Shown here piece by piece: positions 42,600 to 51,273 of a DNA stretch of 60,368 bases. The notes beneath the pieces were generated by a model. That model was given only the letters and a program-made list of their open reading frames with translations, was not told the DNA's origin and did not search any database. Every line of letters starts with the position of its first letter. Position 1 is the first letter of the stretch. The translations under genes were made by a program, and so were the position numbers. Origin of the DNA: an uncultured Candidatus Saccharibacteria bacterium (GTDB taxonomy: Bacteria; Patescibacteriota; Saccharimonadia; Saccharimonadales; JAGQNK01); the NCBI GenBank assembly GCA_964636355.1, contig CAZWRG010000004.1, positions 1-60,368 of the forward strand. The letters run 5' to 3'.

Positions 42600-42854
42600 A
42601 TGAAACAATACGCGAAAGTAATATTTGCTTACCTCATTATTATTGTCGGAATTGGGTTAGTTGCTGAATTTTTCTTTTTTGGCGGTGCTCATCCTGACTG
42701 TGCAGTAAATGATAGTGTCGGACCCTGTGAATTTGCTCCGAGAGTATCAGAGTATATCTATTTTGCCTCGGTAATTTTACTCCCATTATTTACAGCACAT
42801 CTCTTGTATATTTTTGTAAAAAATAAAAATCTCGCTAATGAATGCTTAATCTAA
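42600..42854 (+). CDS. 84-aa two-TM membrane protein (hypothetical)
   Basis: It starts 10 nt after tRNA-Gly, with AGGA 4 nt upstream. It has two hydrophobic helices and a Cys pair. Confidence 0.35.
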   Translation: MKQYAKVIFAYLIIIVGIGLVAEFFFFGGAHPDCAVNDSVGPCEFAPRVSEYIYFASVILLPLFTAHLLYIFVKNKNLANECLI

Positions 42855-42958
42855 TAGATTACCCGACAAATCGAAAAGCCTAATTATGTTTTGTAGCCTA
42901 ATATCGCCAACCTTTTCAATAGCAGATGCTTGATTTGCTTCAACTATCCTGCACCAAA

Positions 42959-42983
42959 GAAATCCCTTCCTGGGGATTTTTTA
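42959..42983 (+). terminator. Rho-independent terminator
   Basis: AATCCC-TTCCTG-GGGATT followed by TTTTTAT. Confidence 0.7.
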
Positions 42984-43052
42984 TTTGTGAAATTTTTTAT
43001 ATATCTAAAAGCTAACACACTTATAATTACAAAATATAAAGGAGATTAAGTT

Positions 43053-43397
43053 ATGCGAATGAGATATATAGCGGTAAATCTACTTAATTTGTTCTTGGCA
43101 ATAGTCGAGGGAGTTTTGGCTCTGAGGTTTCTTTTGAAGCTGTTTGGCGCCAATGCCAATAATGGATTTGTCAGTTGGGTGTATGAGATGAGCGGTGTAT
43201 TGCTCGATCCATTTAGGGGGATTTTCCCGGCGAGAGTTTTTGAAAACAGATATGTTCTAGAGTTTTCAACACTGTTCGCAATGCTGATGTACGCCATAAT
43301 TGGTCTGGTTTTGATGTTTATCATTAGAGCGGTTACGGCAGCCGTAACAGATGATGAGCTGGTGGATTCTAAGACCGTCAGACGCAAGCGCCGTTAG
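43053..43397 (+). CDS. YggT/Ycf19 family membrane protein
   Basis: LRFLLKLFGANANNGFVSWVYEMSGVLLDPFRGIFP. It has an SD (AAGGAG). The mirror ORF on the minus strand is rejected. Confidence 0.6.
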   Translation: MRMRYIAVNLLNLFLAIVEGVLALRFLLKLFGANANNGFVSWVYEMSGVLLDPFRGIFPARVFENRYVLEFSTLFAMLMYAIIGLVLMFIIRAVTAAVTDDELVDSKTVRRKRR

Positions 43398-43428
43398 TAA
43401 GAAAATATCTTCTTGCTATACTTAGGGC

Positions 43429-44010
43429 GTGAAACTCCGAACTTTTAATAATATCCTCAGTCTTCTGGTAGTGATTCTTTGTTTATACGTGATTGGCGCG
43501 CCGTTTGTGCCGAACATAACTTTTTGGTGGAATAAATCAGTTATAAAAAAATCTTCACCACTTGTTATGGCCGCTGAAAACCCAAGCCAGCCAGAGGTTA
43601 TACCTACAGAAAACACCCTTGTCATACCGCGCATAAATATGCAGCAAGTTATTCGTGGCGGTAATCGATGGCAGGGCTTGAAGCGCGGTGTTTGGCAAAA
43701 TTCGACAGCCGCCACGCCAGATGAAGGTTTGAACACGGTACTTTTGGGGCATCGCTTTACTTATGATGGGCCGGCGGTTTTTTATCATTTAGATAAGGTC
43801 AGGCTTGGCGATCAAATTATAGTTTATTGGGACCAAAAGAAATATCAATACGCGGTTGATAAAATTATAGAAGTGCCGCCCAGCGCGGTTGAAATCGAGC
43901 AAAAGGATGTAGGCAGGGAAATGCTGACAATTTATACCTGCACGCCACTAATTACCGCTAAAAATCGGCTGGTTATTCAAGCAATACCCATAAACGGAGA
44001 GGGCACATAA
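43429..44010 (+). CDS. Sortase family transpeptidase
   Basis: N-terminal anchor. It has His (LLGHRFTY), Cys (LTIYTCTP) and a downstream Arg (KNRLVIQA). Confidence 0.8.
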   Translation: MKLRTFNNILSLLVVILCLYVIGAPFVPNITFWWNKSVIKKSSPLVMAAENPSQPEVIPTENTLVIPRINMQQVIRGGNRWQGLKRGVWQNSTAATPDEGLNTVLLGHRFTYDGPAVFYHLDKVRLGDQIIVYWDQKKYQYAVDKIIEVPPSAVEIEQKDVGREMLTIYTCTPLITAKNRLVIQAIPINGEGT

Positions 44011-44011
44011 C

Positions 44012-44122
44012 ATGAAAGAATGGCAACGCAGTGTGTTATTAATTTTGCTGCTGATAGCAGTTATTGGGCTGATAATTTACACCCGCCAGGCTTCGGACGC
44101 TAGCCTGACAGAGGCTTTATAG
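44012..44122 (+). CDS. 36-aa single-TM mini-protein (hypothetical)
   Basis: ATG lies 1 nt after the sortase stop: MKEWQRSVLLILLLIAVIGLIIYTRQASDASLTEAL. It is below the ORF-track cutoff and has no further support. Confidence 0.25.
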   Translation: MKEWQRSVLLILLLIAVIGLIIYTRQASDASLTEAL

Positions 44123-45637
44123 ATCCTGAGTGATTGTAATTTTCGCGCCGACCGAGTTTAGCCGATCGGCTAAATCCTCGTAACCACGATTGATAGAATA
44201 AACATTTCTGAGCATCGAAAGACCGTTGGCCGCCAGCATCCCAATCAACAGCAGAACAGCTGGACGCAGGGCCGGCGGGCAAACTATGTCTGCAGCGCTA
44301 AATTTGGTTGGCCCGTCAATATAAGCCCGGTGCGGGTCGGCCAAAGTTACATTGGCGCCAAGCTTGCGTAGCTCGGTATAGTACAAAGCTCGCTCCTCGT
44401 AAACCCAGTCGTGGATTAAGGTTCGGCCTTTAGCAACAGCGGCAATCGGCACAAAATACGGCAAGTTATCGATGTTCAGCCCGGGATATGGCCGAGCGTA
44501 AATTTTTTCAGTTAGAGCAGTTAATTTGCCATTATGTTTGTGAATTGTGATGTCAGCCAGATTAGTGAACCCGTTGTTGGCTCGGTACTTTTCGCTAACT
44601 TTAAATTCCAGCCCCATTTTTTTAAGCTTTAATAGCTCCAGCTCCAGAAAGTCAATTGGTGCTCTGGTGATGGTTAGTTTGGAGTTGGTAGTTACTGCCG
44701 CAGCAATGAAAGTCATTGACTCGATTGGGTCCTCGGAAGGATAAAAAGTAACATTCTTTTTGATGTCTTTTACGCCGCGAATTCGCAACGTGCTGGTGCC
44801 GATTCCGTCAATTTTGACGCCTAATTTCTTTAGGAAAAAGCACAAATCCTGAACCATATAATTAGCGCTGGCCATCTTGATGGTCACTTCATGATCAAAT
44901 CGAGCCGCCGCCATTATGACGTTTTCGGTGGTGGTGTCGCCTGATTCGTATAGAATTATTTCGTCTGGCTTCTTTTTGTTGACCTTGACATGATAATGCC
45001 CAACCTTAGCGACGATATCAACGCCAAATTCCTCTAGAGCATACAAGTGCGGTTGAACTGTGCGAGTGCCTAGTTTACAGCCCCCGGCATAAGGAATTTT
45101 AAATTCATCAAAAATGTGGATCAGCGGACCCAACATCATCAGGACCGACCGGGTTTTGCGAGCCGATTGTTTATCCATGCTATCAAGCGAGAGTTTTTCC
45201 GGCGGCTTGATTTCAAGGTCATTACCGGCTAGCCATTTCACAGAAACGCCGATGCTGACCAAGACTTCAATTATGCGATTGACCTCCTCGATTCGGGGCA
45301 TGCGCTTTAACCTGGTAGTGCCTTTATTTAAAAGCGCCGCAAACAACAGACAAACCGCCGCATTTTTGGAAACTCGGGTTTCAATGGAGCCTTTTAGTTC
45401 GTGGCCGCCTTCGATTCTTAAATTAACAGCCGATCCAGAAATGCTAATCAGCGGCTTTTTGAGCACGTCGCTAATTCGGCCCAATGTCTCCAGGCTTAGA
45501 TTTTGTTTGCCATGTTCAATTCGATTAACGGCTGACTGACTGGTGCCAAGTTTGCGTGCGAACTCGGCTTGAGTCATGCCTCTATCTTGTCTTATTTGAG
45601 TTATTAAGTGGCCTATTTTCTCATTCGTTGTTGACAT
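44117..45637 (-). CDS. murA: XRE-type HTH domain fused to UDP-N-acetylglucosamine 1-carboxyvinyltransferase (MurA)
   Basis: aa 1-65 carry IRQDRGMTQAEFARKLGTSQSAVNRIEHGKQNLSLETL. The remainder is a MurA/EPSP fold with the active-site loop PYAGGCKLGTRTVQPH. Confidence 0.85.
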   Translation of the reverse strand: MSTTNEKIGHLITQIRQDRGMTQAEFARKLGTSQSAVNRIEHGKQNLSLETLGRISDVLKKPLISISGSAVNLRIEGGHELKGSIETRVSKNAAVCLLFAALLNKGTTRLKRMPRIEEVNRIIEVLVSIGVSVKWLAGNDLEIKPPEKLSLDSMDKQSARKTRSVLMMLGPLIHIFDEFKIPYAGGCKLGTRTVQPHLYALEEFGVDIVAKVGHYHVKVNKKKPDEIILYESGDTTTENVIMAAARFDHEVTIKMASANYMVQDLCFFLKKLGVKIDGIGTSTLRIRGVKDIKKNVTFYPSEDPIESMTFIAAAVTTNSKLTITRAPIDFLELELLKLKKMGLEFKVSEKYRANNGFTNLADITIHKHNGKLTALTEKIYARPYPGLNIDNLPYFVPIAAVAKGRTLIHDWVYEERALYYTELRKLGANVTLADPHRAYIDGPTKFSAADIVCPPALRPAVLLLIGMLAANGLSMLRNVYSINRGYEDLADRLNSVGAKITITQDL

Positions 45638-45768
45638 GTTGGCAATAACTATACTCCAGATGATATAAAACTTGCAAATATTTTGGGTCTTACGACTACA
45701 CTGTTATTATACATTAATAGAGTTTTTAAACACGTCTATTTATTTAGATAAGCTGATCGGAGAGGGAA

Positions 45769-47046
45769 ATGGCTGAGGATAAAATTGCTGATTTGATTAA
45801 AGCTGAGGAGCGCCGACAGCGCGAGGGTCTGGAATTAATTCCATCTGAAAACTACGTAACTCGTGCTGTGTTGGAGGCCATGGGAAGCATCTTTACCAAC
45901 AAATACTCCGAAGGCTATCCCTACAAGAGATATTATGGCGGCCAGGAAAACACCGATAAGGTAGAAGAATTGGCGATTGAGCGGGCCAAGCAACTGTTTG
46001 GCTGTGACCACGCCAATGTCCAGCCGCACTCTGGGGCTCAGGCTAACGAAGCGGTTTATCATGCCTGGCTTGAGCCCGGCGATACAGTGCTGGCTATGGA
46101 TTTAAGTCACGGCGGCCATCTTACTCATGGTCATCCAGTGACAGTTTTAGCCAAGCAGTACAACTTCATTCGCTATAAAATGAAGAATATTGACACCGGC
46201 GAGATCGATTATGACGGTCTGCGAGATCTAGCTATCAAGCACAAACCTAAAATTATTCTGGCTGGTTTTAGCGCCTATCCGCGGGAGCTAGACTATGCCA
46301 AATTTGCGGAGATCGGTAATGAAGTGGGCGCTATGTTGATGGCTGATATGGCTCACATTGCTGGGCTGATCGCCGGCAAGGCTGCCAAAAACCCCTTTGA
46401 CTATGGTTTTCATGTAGTGACCACCACAACCCACAAAACACTTCGTGGTCCGCGTGGCGGCATGATTTTAAGTCGAGGCACGGTTAGTAATCCGTTGAAA
46501 AAAGTCGAAAAAACTTTGGATAATCTGCCAACTTTAATTGACCGAACAGTGTTCCCGGGTGTTCAGGGCGGTCCCCATATGCATGTTATTGCTGCCAAGG
46601 CGGTGGCTTTTGGCGAGGCGCTGAGTCCAGAGTTTCAGGACTACGCAGCTCAGGTTATTAAAAATGCCGAGGCTTTGAGCCAGGCTGTATTAGACAAAGG
46701 TTTTCGTCTGATTACTGGGGGTACAGATAATCATTTACTGCTTGCCGATGTTTACAAACCGTTCGGGATCGACGGTAAAGTTGCAGAAGAAGCTTTGGAT
46801 GCAATTGGGTTGACTCTTAACAAGAATGCAATCGCCGATGATCCGTTGCCGCCATTCCGGCCGAGTGGTATTCGGTTTGGCACTCCGGCAATTACTACTC
46901 GCGGTCTAAAAGAAGATGACATGGCTAAAATTGCAGATTGGATGCACCAGGCAATAACTAATCACGAAGATGCGACATTGTTGCAAAAATTACGTGAAGA
47001 AGTTACTGAATTTGCCCTAAAGTTTCCTCTGCCCAGTGATTCTTAG
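45769..47046 (+). CDS. glyA: Serine hydroxymethyltransferase
   Basis: LELIPSENY...YSEGYPYKRYYGG...TTTTHKTLRGPRGG. Confidence 0.98.
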   Translation: MAEDKIADLIKAEERRQREGLELIPSENYVTRAVLEAMGSIFTNKYSEGYPYKRYYGGQENTDKVEELAIERAKQLFGCDHANVQPHSGAQANEAVYHAWLEPGDTVLAMDLSHGGHLTHGHPVTVLAKQYNFIRYKMKNIDTGEIDYDGLRDLAIKHKPKIILAGFSAYPRELDYAKFAEIGNEVGAMLMADMAHIAGLIAGKAAKNPFDYGFHVVTTTTHKTLRGPRGGMILSRGTVSNPLKKVEKTLDNLPTLIDRTVFPGVQGGPHMHVIAAKAVAFGEALSPEFQDYAAQVIKNAEALSQAVLDKGFRLITGGTDNHLLLADVYKPFGIDGKVAEEALDAIGLTLNKNAIADDPLPPFRPSGIRFGTPAITTRGLKEDDMAKIADWMHQAITNHEDATLLQKLREEVTEFALKFPLPSDS

Positions 47047-48101
47047 CCGATGAATTCTGGTTCTTGCTGAAGGGTGATTCCAAATTTTTCAGATACCGAA
47101 CGAATGATTTTGTCTCTAAATTGCAACAAATTCGCAGTTTGTTGAGCTGATTTATTAACGATTACCAGGTTCTGATAAGGCCAAGTTGCAATTCCAAGCT
47201 CCGGATCTTCATAAGCGCTAAAACCAGCCTGTTCAACCAGCCAACCAGCAGATATTTTGACCTGCCCGTTATCTAAAAACCACCTTGGTGGCTGCGACCA
47301 ACCCGTTGGCGGATTTTTTATATTGGGGTGACTTTCAGCGATTTTATCAAATACTTGCTTATCAACGACCGGGTTTTGGAAAAAAGAGCCAGTATTAGGT
47401 ATAACGCTTGGGTCTGGAAGTTTTCTTTCCCTGACTTTGGTGACGACTCCCCTTAAAGTGGCAATATTGATGTTGGTTATATTGTTGGCCTCTATGTAGG
47501 CTTGAATATCTCTGTAATATGGTGGCTGGGCAGCTTGTTTTCCAAGCCTCATGGTTAGGCTCGTAATAAAAAATCTTCCCTTATCAGTCGTTTTAAATCG
47601 GCTGGTTCGATAGCCAAACTCGCAGTCCGAAGCAGCTAGAGTGACAAGCTGTCTGGTCTTTAGATCATAGGCTTCGATTGTTACTAGAACGTCAGATAAT
47701 TGAACTCCGTAGGCACCGATATTCTGCACTGGCGCAGCACCGGCTGTTCCAGGGATTTTAGACAAAAGCTCAATTCCGCCCAATCCCTGGCTCACTGAAC
47801 GCTCAACGACACTATCCCAATTTTCGCCGCCTCCGACGCTCAGATAAGTAGTTTCCTCATCAAATTCTTTGGTCTCATAACCGGTTATTTGATTGACCAA
47901 CACCAGCCCTTGGTAACCCACGTCGCCCCAAATAATATTGCTTCCGCCGCCAATCATCATAACCGGAAGTTGCCGATCTTCGGCCCACTTAATAGCTTCG
48001 GCAATCTGATTTCTGTCAGATATTTTTAATAAGTATCTTGCAACGCCGCCAAGCCGCATGGTTGAGAAATCTTTTAGCGACACATTTTCCTGAATGTCCA
48101 T
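47043..48101 (-). CDS. murB: UDP-N-acetylenolpyruvoylglucosamine reductase
   Basis: FSTMRLGG...GGGSNI...GTAGAAPVQNIGAYG...GSFFQNP. Confidence 0.92.
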   Translation of the reverse strand: MDIQENVSLKDFSTMRLGGVARYLLKISDRNQIAEAIKWAEDRQLPVMMIGGGSNIIWGDVGYQGLVLVNQITGYETKEFDEETTYLSVGGGENWDSVVERSVSQGLGGIELLSKIPGTAGAAPVQNIGAYGVQLSDVLVTIEAYDLKTRQLVTLAASDCEFGYRTSRFKTTDKGRFFITSLTMRLGKQAAQPPYYRDIQAYIEANNITNINIATLRGVVTKVRERKLPDPSVIPNTGSFFQNPVVDKQVFDKIAESHPNIKNPPTGWSQPPRWFLDNGQVKISAGWLVEQAGFSAYEDPELGIATWPYQNLVIVNKSAQQTANLLQFRDKIIRSVSEKFGITLQQEPEFIG

Positions 48102-48180
48102 ATAAATTAAGTATCAGTTATAGGCCAGCAACTTGCAAGGGCTTGCATGCTAAACCGAGCAGCGGTAACATGGTACAGCA

Positions 48181-48744
48181 ATGGGAGATACATCTAACAC
48201 CGAATTTCCATATAAATCACTAGGCATTTGGCTTCGGCGCATGCGTCTAAAGAGGCAAGAAAGCCTGGCCGAGGTTTCAGGAGCCGTCGAGATAGACGTT
48301 TCCAGCCTGGCTGATATGGAAAAGGGAGCGCGCCGTCCCTCAGAGGACATTTTAATGCTGTTAATTAGCTACTTCTCTATATCTGAAGAAGAGTCAGTGA
48401 AGCTGTGGGAGCTTGCTGGCTATGAGCCGCTAAAGGAAATGCCGTCTGCAGATTCTATAAAAGATGTTGGAGCTGACATTATGGTTCAGCCGGTTATTGT
48501 AGTGCCAATGGAAGCCAGAATTGTTTACACCGATCAAGCCAACATTGAAGCCAATAAATACGGTGTAACAATTAATTTCCTGCAAAATAGCGGAGCGCAG
48601 GGCAAGTCAGTACCGGTTTCAAGAGTGGGTATGAGCCGCGATCACGCCGAAACGTTACTTAAAATCTTGCAAAAAGAACTCCAGTCCAAGCAGCTACCAT
48701 CTCCAAAAGAAAAGCCCGACGAAAACAACAGCGCAGCGAATTAG
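48181..48744 (+). CDS. XRE-family HTH protein with a DUF3467-like C-terminal domain
   Basis: LRRMRLKRQESLAEVSGAVEIDVSSLADMEKGARRPS. The C-terminus is YGVTINFLQ...VSRVGMSRDHAETLLKIL. Confidence 0.55.
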   Translation: MGDTSNTEFPYKSLGIWLRRMRLKRQESLAEVSGAVEIDVSSLADMEKGARRPSEDILMLLISYFSISEEESVKLWELAGYEPLKEMPSADSIKDVGADIMVQPVIVVPMEARIVYTDQANIEANKYGVTINFLQNSGAQGKSVPVSRVGMSRDHAETLLKILQKELQSKQLPSPKEKPDENNSAAN

Positions 48745-48786
48745 ATTGCTTTTAAGCAATAATAGGTTAAAATAACAGAGTTGTAC

Positions 48787-48863
48787 GCACCGGTAGCTCA
48801 GCGGATTAGAGCATCTGTCTTCGGAACAGAGGGTCGGGGGTTCGAATCCCTCCCGGTGTACCA
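48787..48863 (+). tRNA. tRNA-Arg(UCG), CCA encoded
   Basis: GCACCGG TA GCTC AGCGGATTA GAGC ... anticodon loop CT-TCG-GA ... TTCGAAT ... CCGGTGT A CCA. Confidence 0.93.
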
Positions 48864-48915
48864 GAGTGAAATTACAGAAAGAGATTGGAAGCTATTTCAA
48901 TCTCTTTTTTGTTGG
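48856..48915 (+). repeat. Direct repeat, left copy (last 8 nt of tRNA-Arg plus its terminator)
   Basis: GTGTACCAGAGTGAAATTAC... has its first 20 nt identical, and the rest about 80% identical, to 49715-49775. It contains the terminator GAGATTGGAAGCTATTTCAATCTC-TTTTTT. Confidence 0.85.
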
Positions 48916-48984
48916 CCTATTTCCGCCACTTTAAATTGGGCTTGAATCTCGTTTGGTGTTTAGCACACCATAGGAAGCGGAAAT

Positions 48985-49623
48985 CTATAATTTAATATGA
49001 ATAGTCTTTATGTTTGGGTCTGGTTTATAGAAACTGACACGTGTTTCTTGTACTTGACCGTCCACGGTCTTTACAGCAACTTCGCACGATACTGTGCATT
49101 CTACACATTTACCACCAACCCAAGCTAACACATTAGACATTGTGCCTTCGTCTGGTTTTTCTTGACTATTTTTTGCAGCCCATTCTTGTCCAGCTTGGTA
49201 AGCAGAGCTACCAGATTCGCAATCATCAAGCTTCTTGCCGCCAGGACAGACATCAGAAAGCTTATAGGTATGAGCAAATCCTGTTTGTTCTAATCTTGTT
49301 TGCTGTCGCTTCGCTTCAAGTGCTGTCAATGCTTCATCGCCTTCACGGTGAGCTTCAAGCCACTCTTGTAGTTCAAAACCTTCACGCATTCTAGCCATTG
49401 TTGAGCTGCCAATACGAAATACTGGTCTACTTTGCGAATCTACATAATCGGTACCGTGTGTATAATAGGCTCCTGGCTGGTAGTATGTGCCGTCGCCACG
49501 TGGCATTGCAGGGGTTTGTAGCATATCGTGTACAGCCGAAGGACCGTGCATAGGGTCTTCAATAGCTTGTTCAGGATTTATTGGGTCCCAAATAGTCTGG
49601 TCCCAAGGATTATACTCACTCAT
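48985..49623 (-). CDS. 212-aa orphan protein, sole cargo of the repeat-bracketed islet
   Basis: No signal peptide. The C-terminus is Cys-rich (KCVECTVSCEVAVKTVDG). Its own TGGTATAAT lies 9 nt upstream of the ATG. Confidence 0.5.
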   Translation of the reverse strand: MSEYNPWDQTIWDPINPEQAIEDPMHGPSAVHDMLQTPAMPRGDGTYYQPGAYYTHGTDYVDSQSRPVFRIGSSTMARMREGFELQEWLEAHREGDEALTALEAKRQQTRLEQTGFAHTYKLSDVCPGGKKLDDCESGSSAYQAGQEWAAKNSQEKPDEGTMSNVLAWVGGKCVECTVSCEVAVKTVDGQVQETRVSFYKPDPNIKTIHIKL

Positions 49624-49692
49624 AGGTTACATATTATACCATACTATTAACTATTAAGCTATACTTTCAGTATAATATAATGTGTTGATGAT

Positions 49693-49775
49693 AGTTTGAA
49701 CTTCCTTTACTGCCGTGTACCAGAGTGAAATTACGGATAGAGATTGAAGCCCATTTCAATTTCTTTTTTATTTGG
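49693..49775 (+). repeat. Direct repeat, right copy: degenerate tRNA-Arg 3' end (T-arm/acceptor relic) plus a terminator copy
   Basis: GTTTGAACTTCCTTTACTGCCGTGTACCA compares with tRNA GTTCGAATCCCTCCCGGTGTACCA. GAGTGAAATTACGGATAGAGATTGAAGCCCATTTCAATTTCTTTTTT follows. Confidence 0.8.
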
Positions 49776-49827
49776 TTTTGTCTTCGTATTTATAACGCGA
49801 GCTTGAAAATTACAGATATAAGCTTGG

Positions 49828-50363
49828 TCAATCTTTTGTTATGCTAAACCTCAAATGTGTTTCGTCGGCATATGCCGAAGTATCGAGCCTTTTGAGTTTA
49901 ATCTTTTCCCCGAGCCCGGCAAATAATGAAATGCCCTCGCCAAGTAATAGTGGTTCTATGTCCAGCACAATTTCGTCAACCAGCCCAAGTTTCAAGCATT
50001 GACGTGAAATGCTGCCGCCTAACAGGGAAACGCTTTTATCACCCGCAGCAGCCTTGGCAGCCTCAACGGCTTTTCTGATATCATCAACCACAAAATTATA
50101 GGTAATGCCGTCTTTTTCTATTGGCTCGCGTGCCTCGTGAGTCATCAAATAAACTGGAACTTTTAAAGCACCGCCATACGGTACGCCATCATCTTCAATC
50201 GTATTGGTTTTGTTTGCGCCGCCCACTATAGCGCCGATTTCGGCCTAACTACTGCGTAGTCTTCATCTACGGCTTCTAAATCCTGAATCCAGCTCATATC
50301 ACCATCAACACCGGCCATATAGCCATCGAGCGTTATTGTTGCGTGTATAAAAACTTTCCTTAT
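49828..50363 (-). pseudogene. RibD_C/dihydrofolate-reductase-like family gene, disrupted (ATA in place of ATG plus a frameshift near 50245)
   Basis: The upstream frame reads (I)RKVFIHATITLDGYMAGVDGDMSWIQDLEAVDEDYAVV then a stop. The next frame continues AEIGAIVGGANKTNT... to the end of ORF 49828..50226. Confidence 0.65.
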
Positions 50364-50518
50364 AAGGTTTGTCTATCCTTTAATTTATAAAGTAATTGTA
50401 TCTAAGCCAATTCATAAATAGTAGCCTTAGACCCCGATTGCTGACGTGTGCCAACCTGAGGCCAGGATAGATTTTACTAAATACTGGTATTTAAGTTTTT
50501 GTGATACTATCATTTTAA

Positions 50519-51145
50519 ATGAAAAAATCTAGACAATTCACACAAAAGAAACGGATTATGCTTATAGGGTTCGGCATTTTAGTGGTGATTATAATTTTGG
50601 CCGTCGCGCTTGGTGGGATTAATAAAGTAAGACAGATTTATTATGGGCATATTACCCGCGAGGCCTACAGTAAGGAATATAAAAATCTGCAGTCTGCACT
50701 CGAACATTTAGGGCTTATTGAAGATAAGAATATTAAATCCACCTGTAATATTGACGAGGTTGCGACTGATGGGTTTAACACCGAGAAGGTTTTGCTATGC
50801 GGTGTTAACACGCAGAGTCATGTAGTCATAACTGAGCCAAATAAAGAAGAAGTTAAAAACGCTGCAAAAGAACTAGATGAGCTTGTGGCCAAAAACAATG
50901 GTAGGCTTCAGACAAATATCGATACAACCTTCAGTAAATATGTGACCGACATTTCAAACGGTATCGATTATCATCCTGATTTTGGGGCAGTTTTTGTAAG
51001 GGACGATTATCTTTGTGCAATTAGTTTCAATGTGGCTTATGCAAACCCCAGCCCGCCCGCCTACTTAGTTCAATTTGGCTGTAACTCACCGCGTGTCAGC
51101 CAAGACGACACATATTTGTTGCCGGCAGCAAAAAGTAGTTTGTAG
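50519..51145 (+). CDS. N-terminally anchored extracytoplasmic four-Cys protein (hypothetical; distant paralog of 14333..14887)
   Basis: TM helix IMLIGFGILVVIIILAVAL, with the FNTEK block and paired Cys. Confidence 0.4.
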   Translation: MKKSRQFTQKKRIMLIGFGILVVIIILAVALGGINKVRQIYYGHITREAYSKEYKNLQSALEHLGLIEDKNIKSTCNIDEVATDGFNTEKVLLCGVNTQSHVVITEPNKEEVKNAAKELDELVAKNNGRLQTNIDTTFSKYVTDISNGIDYHPDFGAVFVRDDYLCAISFNVAYANPSPPAYLVQFGCNSPRVSQDDTYLLPAAKSSL

Positions 51146-51273
51146 CAAATAAACAAAGTTCATCATGTCTTTTATTCTAGAGGTCTTTTCACTGGCTGCA
51201 AATGAGTTAAATAAACGTAAGGGTTCAGATAATTACACTGGTGAGGCTGACTAATTGGTATAATAAGCGGCAT

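Noticed and set aside
43046-43387. A 113-aa minus-strand ORF mirroring the YggT ORF.
   Set aside because: The plus-strand ORF has a YggT-like motif, TM helices and an AAGGAG SD. The minus-strand product is Ser/Thr/Leu/Asn-rich and lacks an SD.
45638-45768. Possible folate or ZTP-type riboswitch upstream of glyA, and similarly upstream of folD at 56284-56428.
   Set aside because: I could not find the conserved cores of the THF or ZTP (pfl) motifs by eye. The spacers look like ordinary AT-rich promoter regions. An Rfam scan would settle this.
51241-51273. N-terminal ORF-track extensions (2678-2722, 8618-8635, 15414-15440, 29544-29615, 34292-34354, 51241-51273, 54159-54206, 5846-5875).
   Set aside because: Each extension uses a GTG or TTG start. 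Each either contains a promoter -10 box, overlaps a neighbouring gene, or precedes the canonical family N-terminus or signal peptide. I preferred the downstream ATGs.
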